In this document: piece by piece, positions 1 through 9,300 of the stretch
How the letters are laid out: every line of letters begins with the position of its first letter
How positions within the stretch are numbered: the stretch's first letter is position 1
Source of the DNA: Anthoceros angustus
Taxonomy: Eukaryota; Plantae; Anthocerotophyta
Assembly (NCBI GenBank): GCA_010909165.1
Contig: VJWM01000414.1
Span: forward strand, 1 to 13,998
Length of the DNA stretch: 13,998 bases
Direction of reading: 5' to 3'
Made by a program: the position numbers and the translations under genes
The notes under the pieces: model-generated
The model's database searches: none
What the model saw: the letters and a program-made list of their open reading frames with translations, nothing else
What the model was told of the DNA's origin: nothing

Positions 1-1171
1 ACTTCAAAATCACAAGCAGCGTACAGGGCGAGGGCGGGAAGTTGGGGCGGGCGACCCTGGAAAGCAGTGGAGCGGAGCGAAGTACGAGGAGAGCTGGCTA
101 GATGCCCTGTCCCACTCCACTGCAGTATATTCACTCCGGCCCCGCTGAAAGGAGCTCAAATCAAAAGCGGTGGGAAGGAAATCAACCCAAAAGCGCTAGG
201 AAAGGAAGGAATGAGGAAGAAAAACAAATCTGTGATGCAAACCAAACCGGTAGCGAATGTCTGGTCCACAGCCTTCCCGAGCTGCTGCAAGAAAGGCGGC
301 ACTGCAGTGCAAGTAAGCAAGCAGCATCGGTACGAAGAAAGATGTGACATTATTTACAACTAAACTGGCCAGCAGCAAGCCAGACTAGAGAGGACGGTGG
401 TGCAGCTGGGTTGAATCTTCTGGCAACGTGAAAGCAGGACACATGGTTGGTCGGTTGCCTCTGCTTCCATTCCACCTCCCAGCCTGCCTTGCTTGTCATC
501 CGTTTAGCAGGGCCAGCCACTTGTCGCCTGCCGCTGAGACAAGTTTTGCAAGCTGGATGATGAACCAGGTGGGAATCTAATGGCACCCCGAACCCCAAGA
601 CACACAACGGGCAGCAGGCAGGTGTGTGGTGTTGGTGTGCGCAAGGCTCTAGATCAAGCGTCCCATCTCTCATGCCATCCTTAATCTTGCAAGACGCCTC
701 CCTTGTTTGGCTCCAGGGAAACGGACACATGGGTGGTTGCAATCCTCTCTCTCCTTCTCATCTCCTCTCTCCATGGCAGCCCTACAATCACCATGCCACG
801 CACTTGGCACCATTGCTGGCCTGCCGCTCTCATGTCGATAAAGAAATAACCCATATCGTCCGCCTGACGTGTGTGTCCTCGACTACTCCTCCCACCTACA
901 TCACCTACTGCACCCGGCGCGCTCGACCTCCCCTCCCGCATCTGCCACGCTCGGCCGTGCTTTCTGCGAACCGGCGGTCACTCTTAGGCGAGGACCAGGA
1001 ATCCTCCCACCCAGAACGGCCTCCTGGCGCACCGCACGGCCAGCCACTGTATGTAGCGAGCCGCGTTTCTCCTCATGCATGTGTGTGTGTCTCATGTTCC
1101 TTTGCCATCGATCTCGCCAAAGGAACGCGGTAGGTATACATCGTGGATACGGCTCGGCCTGGAAGATACGT

Positions 1172-1800
1172 AGATATTTTCCGATATATGTTCATATGTA
1201 GAATCCAGGTGACCGGGCCAGCCGGTGTCCGGGCCCACCACCGGCGTGCACGGTTAGGTTGACTGGAGGGAGGTCAGGGTGGCGACCACGTGGCCAGTCG
1301 GTGGCCCAATTCTTCGACGGCGCCTCGCGCGACCTGCTCGCCCACTCGCAGAGCTCGTTTGTACCGGACCTTAGGCCGCGCCTTCTCAGCCATTCATTTC
1401 TCACGTTCCTCGCTCCTAATAACGAGCGCGTTTTTAGGCGGCGTTTAAGTTGGAGTAATAAATGTGCATGTTATGGAATATTCGCGGCCTCAGATATTAA
1501 GGTGCCAAAACGACAAAATGGAGAAGGAGGAGAAGGAGAAGTGTATTATAGTCCACCGAGGAGGCGGTTAGACACATTCCTGCTGGAGGTCGGGAACTGT
1601 GTGTAGGTAACTAGACTAGACTAGGTACACATATCTCGCAGCACCGGAAGACCTCGAGGCTGGCCGACGAAAATATCCGAGCTGGGGCTCCGTGACCGGC
1701 GGGTCCGGTGGGGCTGGTGCCGCCTCCGCCACGTGCCGGTGGCGGCCGAAATATCCACAGCCAAGCCTGCCGCTTTCTACCTCATGTCGGAGATAAGGTT
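1172..1800 (+). promoter_or_regulatory. Putative light/circadian/sugar-responsive promoter region upstream of the beta-amylase gene
   Basis: Evening element AAAATATCT on - at 1172-1180; G-boxes CACGTG at 1287-1292 and 1730-1735; evening-element-like AAAATATCC at 1670-1678 and GAAATATCC at 1748-1756 (contains TATCCA, 1752-1757); I-box GATAAG at 1792-1797. These are motif matches only, with no TSS evidence. Confidence 0.45.
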
Positions 1801-3056
1801 GACGCCTTTGGCTGTTGCCGTTTTACCTCACCGCATGCGCGTCCTTGACGAATGGGACGCCGGCTACCGGAAGCAGGCGGTGGGTTTTGGGAGCGCGCGC
1901 TTACCGGCTATGGCGGGGAGGGCCGATCCGGTGCCCCGCGCACGCCGCCTCCGATGCATGGGAGCCTCCTGACAGGTCGACGTGGCGCGCTCATCTCGGA
2001 GGGCGGGCGAATCCGGCGTAACGCGCCGGGCGGTTTCGCCGCCCTTTTCTAGTGGATTTGTTGAATTACCGCCAGCCGCATGTCTATCTGTTGCTGCGTC
2101 CAACGCCGTTGCTGCTGCTGCATTTGCCGCTGCCGCTGGCTGCCTCCGAGCTCTGCTGATCGCATCGTCCTGTTGCGGAGGGAAATTCTGGCCTTCTTCC
2201 TCGGCTGCCTGCTGAATTTGGCGGAGCGTGAGGATTCCAGGCGCCTGGGCAAGAGTTGCAGGATTGTGGCTCCAGTTTGCCAGACAGGGCAGGTGTGTGG
2301 AGTGGAGGAGTGGAGGAGTGAGAGGAGTGGGGTAGAGTTCAGTGAAGTGGAGCATGTAGGCTGGCTGTAGTTGTGACTTGAGCTAAACCTTGGGAGACAC
2401 CGACCCTGCTCCTGCCTGCGACGCGTGTGTGTGTGCTCCGGCTTCTTTCTGTCCGTCTTGGTGAAAAGAGGACGCGAGCCTTGCACTTTATGCCGCGGCA
2501 GTGAGGAGGAGGCCTGTGGTCTGGTTGCGAGATTGGTAGATCGTGAGCCCGGCGGATCCTTTGTGATGTAGTGTGCGCACGCTGGTGTTGGCGAATGACA
2601 AGGAACGCACTGTTGTAGCATCTTACTGTAGTGGAATTGCTGTAGCGGCTTTGGCGGGCCTCGTTCGGGAGCTTGATGTTCTCGAGATCAGGATGGAACA
2701 CCTGGAATTATTGCCTTAAGGAGGTAGGACACATCGGGGACGTAGCACAGATTGCAAGATAGCGCTGATTGGAAGTAAGGACGGATTGGGGAATCGGCCC
2801 ACTGTCGACGGCATGATGCCTGCAGGTGCTAACAGTGGATCCCAGTGGTGGACGGGGTGAGTGCACTGTGTTGAGTGAGGGGTGGTGCACTCTAGATGGT
2901 GGACATGTGTGTCAGGTGTTGACAAGAGCCGGTTGCTTTGCGGCAGTGTTTGGTCGGAGTGCTCCTCCTCATGCGGCGGACGTGGTAGCTAGCTGCTACC
3001 ACCCGGTTCGGCCTCGGGGCTCGGCAGCTTCAGCGGGAAGCCGCATCCCTCTGACG

Positions 3057-6000
3057 ATGCTTGGCTGCTCGGGCAGGTTGTGCAACCAATTATTTTGCAT
3101 GGACAGTGCAGCCAGGATTTGGAGCACCCGGCGCACAACCACGCACCCTTGTGGCCGGGGATGAGATGTTGTCCACCGAACTTGCGGTATCCAGGTCTAT
3201 GAGCTTGCCGGAGTTGTCTGGTAAGGGAAAGAGGAGGGTGAAGAGAGAGCTTGGGAGGGTTGGATTTGCCACTGGAACTGGACACCGGCTGTGCGCCGGG
3301 CATCAGTCTTTCAGGGCCAAAGGAGATGTTGGCCGTCGTGGGAGGACAGCCACTAGCTGCTTTACCGACCAAATGTCCAGGTGGGCGAGTCTCCGCTCTT
3401 ACCAAACTTGCACGTGACGCTTCCCTTTCCCGGAGGATGACCTATGATCTGGTCTGGAGTCTTGGTAGTCTGTGAATTGTGCTCTACTGCCTGCGCGCAC
3501 TGATGCCCAGGATGAAAGTTATTTAGACTCCCATCATTTCCTGGCGGAATGGGATGAAGTTGCAAGCTTCCAGCTTCTGGTGAGGCTTATTATCTTTTCT
3601 CTTGTCTTCGCTTGCAGCGGGCATTCAGGCCCTCGTGCCGAAGCTGCCAGTTCCTCACTGGAGTGCAGCACATCGGGAGAGTTTCGGGTTCCTGTTTTGT
3701 GATGATGCCTCTGGATACCGTTGCTGTTGGTGAAAAGGCGAAGCTGAAAAGGTATTGCTCCCGAATGCCCCTCAGCTGTGAGGAGGTCAGTTTTCCAGGC
3801 ATTGCGTCAGGTCGGTGCTGAGACTCTCATGTCTCTTCCTGTGCAGAATCAGGAGCCTGAATGTAGCTCTTCGTGCACTCAAGCTGGCTGGTGTGGATGG
3901 CGTGATGGTCGATGTGTGGTGGGGGTTGTGGAGCGAAGTCGCCACTTGTTTATGATTGGAAGGTGTATGAAGAACTGTTCAGAATGGTTGCAGAGGCAGG
4001 CTTAAAACTGCAAGTTGTGCTGTCCTTTCATGCCTGTGCGGAGCGTACGTTGGAACTAGGCAGCTGTATAGATCTACCACTTTGGGTGGCAGAGGTGACC
4101 CCTCAAGTCTTTAAAGTTTTGGCTACCGTAGCACATTCAACATGCTTTTGCATTCGTGAAGCTGTTTGTTCCGGATGTGGGTGTGCTGTTTCATCAAGCA
4201 AACATGTCACCATTTTGTCTAGCCAGCATGTTACTCCTTGCAAATAAATGGTCTGCATTCCATATATTGCGTTTTGTCCATGCAGGGACTGATAGCAAGT
4301 TGTGTGTCATGTATTCAGATTGGTCGTTTTGACAAAAATATCTACTACACTGACCGCCGTGGGTTTTGCAACACTGAGTATCTATCAGTTGGAGTGGACA
4401 ATCAGCCTTTGTTTTATGGGCGGACTGCTCTAGACTGTTATGAAGATTTCATGCGGAGCTTCATGGAAACATTTCGTCCACTTTTGGGAGACGTTATCCG
4501 GGAAATTACAATTGGTCTTGGACCTTCAGGCGAGCTTAGGTGAGTGACGGGTAGTGCACGTTGTCAGGGTTCAACTTCCCCGCCCGCCCCTCCCACTGTG
4601 TGCACCGTTGTTTGCTTTGGCTAACTATGTGGTGGTCGACTAGGTATCCGTCCTACCCAATGGCTGATGGGCGCTGGAGGTTTCCAGGCATCGGGGGAGT
4701 TCCAGTGCTACGATAAGTATATGTAAGCCCATTTTTCCTCCTTTTGGCGAAGTGTATAAGCAGCATCTTTGTTCTTTGCTCAAGACTTGTCGTTGTCTTC
4801 GTCGTTTACTTAACTCGCTATTTCTGGCATCAGGTTGGCTGATTTAAGGGCGGCTGCACTAGATATAGGAGAGCCTCGCTGGGGTTTGTCAGGACCACAT
4901 GATGCAGGTCATTACAATAGCTCTCCGTGGGAGGCCCTGTTTTTCCAGCTCCAAGTTGGCACTTTTGCATCGGATTATGGACGTTTCTTCTTGGTAATTG
5001 CATTTCTGTCTGGATTCAAGTCCGTGCCATCCCTTGCTTCCATGGATTTGTGAGCCCCAAAGTATAGATATGTACGACATGATGGTGGAAGCTAACCAGG
5101 GCCAGTTCCGGGGTGTTTTCTACTGCAGGAATGGTACAGTGGCATGCTCATTGATCATGCAGACCAAATTCTGGGCCGAGCAGCTGATATGTTGGAGCAA
5201 AATGGCAAGTCTGGAGTAGTACATTTGGGTGCCAAAGTTGCAGGGGTACACTGGTGGTACCGGTCACACTCTCATGCTGCCGAATTGACAGCTGGGTATT
5301 ACAACACATCTTACAGAGATGGATATGCCCCAATAGAAGTGTTTGCCCGTCATGGAGTCGCGTTGAACTTCCCGTAAGCACTAGGTCTTCTTGGTCATCA
5401 TTTTCTTCATGGATGAGCAGATGTCAGCTGCGTGGAAAATGTGGAGCATGTGGCCAGTGAATCTCACATTGATTGAATGATCTGTGCAGGTGCGTGGAGA
5501 TGCTTGACAGCGAACATCCCGAGCGTTATTGTAGCCCGGAAGGTCTTCTTGCACAGGTACCCACAATTGCCTTTTGCTTGTCCAGAGACGCTGAGGTGGT
5601 TCTTTCCGCGTCGTGAAGCAAAACCACCTCAACTTTCTAGCCTCCCTTCAAGCTGCCCCTGTCTAACTTTGTTACAACTCTCAAAATTTCAGATGCAGCA
5701 CGTGGCACAGCATGCGAATATTCCTATCACTGGGGAGAATGCAATTCAACGCTTTGATGAGGTACAGTTTCGCATTTCATTTGCCAATACATACAGCTTT
5801 GTCGACGTAACACGCACTTAGCAGTAAGATCCTGCCAGCTAATTGGCACTTTCGCCGGTTGCAGGCAGCATTCGATAGGATTGTTAGGAACACGCACAAT
5901 TGGCGCAGCATGCAAACCTTACATTCTTGAGAATGGGAGTCATTATTTACCACCAACAACTGGAGGAGCTTTGTTCGCTTTATCAAGCACATGTGTTCTG

Positions 6001-6179
6001 GAAGCAACCCAGACGTAAGCCGAATGCACAATGTGGCGATCTTTGCAAGTCTTTCTGACAAAAGGGGTGAATCCCCATTTTCAAGTCTAGCTATGAAGGT
6101 CCCCGTCTTGTACTCTATCTGCATTGATTTAAGGAGGAGTTGCTCCCAGTATGTTTTCCTCTATGATCTAGCCTACTGA
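3057..6179 (+). CDS. BAM4: Beta-amylase (glycoside hydrolase family 14), BAM4-like clade, multi-exon, probably plastid-targeted; contains apparent indel errors
   Basis: Exons read by hand with GT/AG boundaries: about 3057-3380 (N-terminus, least certain), 3618-3751, 3847-4094, 4319-4539, 4644-4722, 4834-4993, 5129-5373, 5490-5556, 5693-5761, 5865-6179. After indel correction the peptides are VPVFVMMPLDTV, ALRALKLAGVDGVMVDVWWGVVER, LKLQVVLSFH, GRTALDCYEDFM, IGLGPSGELRYPSYP, WRFPGIGEFQCYDKY, DYGRFFLEWYSG, HAAELTAGYYNT, LNFPCVEM, CSPEGLL, ITGENAIQRFDE and FTFLRM..NNWRSFVRFIKHM. These are GH14 hallmarks. ALKLAGV, QCYEDFM-like and the N-x-P-C motif match my recollection of Arabidopsis BAM4. Splice phases are consistent at every junction. 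Frameshifts at 3695-3698, 3939, 4693-4697, 5919-5920 and about 5936-5939. Confidence 0.9.
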
Positions 6180-6349
6180 AAGCCTGCAGGCTAGTCCACC
6201 TGATACTGTACTTCCTGGTGTCTCTACATTTTCTGTCAACAAGTTGTAGGCTAGAGACAGGCCAGTTCAGTAAATTTGTCGAAACATATTGTATATAATT
6301 GTGAGATGTAGACCTTTCTTTGTGACTTGAATTTCTCTAGGCTTCGTCA

Positions 6350-9300
6350 GCCGCTGAGGATACAAGCCAGAACTCGAGTTGTTGCACAGTGGCTTCTAGA
6401 TCGCGTAAACTTTCCTCTCGTGGCCTCCGTTGCCTCGTCTTGTGACTCTTGTCGACGCCTCTGCCTTCTTCCTCTCTTTCAAACTCAGCAATCTCGGTTT
6501 GGGCGTACTTCATCAGCTTTCATCGGTGCCAAGCACTCCGTCACTCCATTCATCTTGCTGAGCTGTTCCTATGCCGCCACGTTTTACCTCCAGAGACTGT
6601 AATTTGTCAAGCAGGCACTCTCTCTTCTTATGCTGTTCTTTCTGAACTGCTCGAACTTCTCGTGACGTCATCGTCGCACAATCTGACCCCAGGTCAATGC
6701 ACAGCTGCCTTGCTTACAACCCAAAATACATCCGTCACTCGTTGAATGACCCTTAGGACTCTGCAGTAGTACTGTATTTGAGGTTTTAGCTGTGTGAACA
6801 CAAACAGCTTAGGTATGGTGTACTGCCTAGCAGAAGCGTATGCCTGGAACAAAACCAGGAAAACGTTCATGTCTCACGCCTCGCTTTGATGCATTTATGC
6901 ATGGACAGCTCTCGAAGATAGCAAAAAGTAAGTCAGAGAAAGGGACCCACTTGTGTCATGAAAAGCTTTTCTCCAGCTCGTCTTGCTCCCTTCATTTGCT
7001 TTGCTATGCGCTGAAGTTCAGGTGCCTCTCAACCTTGATTACCACAAACCTTCTCCTGCTTCGAGGTGCAGAGTTGATTATAGGTTGGAATGTGCATTCT
7101 CGGACTTCCTGCAACTCCTTCAATACCCTCGCGAGCCTCTGCCTCCTGGCTTTCTCCTGATAAACGATGGGGTAAATGTGAGTCTGTATACCTGACTCCT
7201 TTGACTGAGTTATTCAATTTTTCACCGGCCGCAACTGAGAACAGAGGCATGCCTCTCTGTGGCAATGTCGTCGCAGACGAACCATCTCCATGGTTTTCCT
7301 GTCTTTGATAACCCGCAGAGACGTAGGATTCATCTACGAGGGATGCACATGTGAGCTACACAGCACAGATGCACCTCTGCACAAGTTCCACGTCGAGGAC
7401 AGCACATACATTCATGCTTCTCCGTCTGGTGGAAGTAGGGGGCTGCGAACCTGAGGTTGGAATGAGACTTTTCATCGAAAGCTGCTTTTGCAGCTAACAT
7501 CAATCCTGCTTTCTTCCTTGTGGCTTTTCATTCTGCAACCATTGCCCAAAACTGCATGTCATCCACTTCTACAATATTGAAATGACTGATTCAACTCTCT
7601 CTCCGTGACTACATGCAAGAAACAGGATTCAAGTAGGATACAAAAGCCTTGACGCATGGCCCAAAACATACCTTGTGCAGCAAGTCAATGCTAGGTTGTC
7701 TCCTAAGGGTCGAGAGACCTCGTCAATCTCTGGACGATATTTGAACTTTGAATCCACAGCATCCTGCTTGTAACCAGAAGCACATCAAAACTCCTCGAAT
7801 GAGAAAAAGCACTTTTCAACAACTTTGTGCATGCAAGTATCAGCACGATCAATCTCCACCACCTTCAACACAATTTTCTATGATACTCTGTTCTCTCGGT
7901 TTCTGCACTCATTGCCTGCAACATCGCCCGTAAATATACATGCATCTAAGCACAGGTGGCAAAGAAATGCATATGCCCTTGCCCTGATGTCCTTGCTCTG
8001 ACCTAGAAGTGAAATGAAACCTGGTGACAAACAAACACCCAGCAAAAGTACGGATCTCACAGCTATTGTCTGCAGGTGTTGGTCATGGTTTTCATATCAC
8101 GAACAGACAGCCTTTCCCACCTTTGAGTGGGACCTTCTCCCATCATATGTAGATGATTTGTTGATTTTCTGAGAATAGCATCACAATCACTTATTTTTGG
8201 AGTGAAGGTTGCATCTATGGGAATCTGTTCCTTTTCCTTCACCTTCTGTTTGCCCATGTGTCCAAACAAGTTACTCGTGTATGAGGAGACAGCTGAGGTT
8301 CTTATGCTCTTGAGAGACTACAGAAGTTCATTCACTTAGGGTTCCTAATCAGCTGACCTACCTTGTCATGACTCTCTACAAATCTTCGCTGCCGAGAAAA
8401 GAAATCTGGGCAAGAGCCATACTCATAGATTTCCCAACAATTTCGTTCGTGTTCTTGTTGATAACTGGGGCAAATGTGCATTGATATTTCCCATTCGTAT
8501 AACATTCTGATGTACAGAATCAAAGCAAATTTGGTACTACGCGCAATACTAGAGGTGAGAAAGTGATGAGGAGGACACTTACCCCTTTGTGGCTTTTGCA
8601 CTCTTCATACAGAAGGCCGTACATCTCGTAAAGACGATCTTGGAAGGTTATGTGCCGATACCCTCGCTGCGGTATTACAAGGGACCGCCATACAATGCAG
8701 CCAAGATCAGAGCAAGAACCTATTCCTGATAGGCCTCGAGGCTCTAATGTTGTTACAACCGGAGCATCCCGGACCACCAATGGTCAGCCGAGTGTTTGAA
8801 GCTTCCACACAGCACAAACCTGCTTAAACAGTCGAATTGATCTTCAGTTGATCTGAGGGCCGGTACACCCAGCTGCAATGTCAGTTCTTTTCCTCATGAG
8901 CTCCAGTCGTTCCATTCTCCTTGGCTAAGTGAGATTCACAGCTTGCTTCAGTCGATGGTTGATACGAAGGGAGTGAAATTTTATTTTAGTTTAGTCCAAG
9001 AGAAGTTGGGACCTGCCAGTCCTCTGTTCGCTCGTGTATAGGTTGGTAAGGGACATGATCATACTCCGTGTTTGTTTGTGGCCAGAATGAGGCATGTCCA
9101 TTGCCTCTTTCTCGTTTACCATTCTAGCCTGCAAGATGCAGACTCCTTTCAGTCAATGGAAGACAACAATGTCCAAAGCGCATGTCTCGGTATACATGCA
9201 CAATAAACAACAACTTTCTTACTCGTTTTCTTTCTTCCATGCGCTTTTGCAAGTTTCCAGCCCTCTCCAGCATTGGCCTGGGACTTCCTATTCCCCTCTG

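Noticed and set aside
1611-1624. CTAGA tandem triplet as a possible Helitron end
   Set aside because: No upstream subterminal hairpin and no matching 5' TC terminus could be identified.
1864-2701. Several overlapping ORFs with poly-Ala/Cys/Gln runs
   Set aside because: They are shadows of GCT/GCC-rich leader sequence upstream of the BAM gene, with no recognisable domain.
3472-3579. Extra BAM exon followed by a roughly 38-nt intron ending at 3617
   Set aside because: The intron is implausibly short. A donor at 3381 gives a phase-matched 237-nt intron to the same acceptor.
3057-6179. Calling the beta-amylase a pseudogene
   Set aside because: The lesions are mostly homopolymer-length indels shared by every gene in the window, while splice sites and conserved residues are intact.
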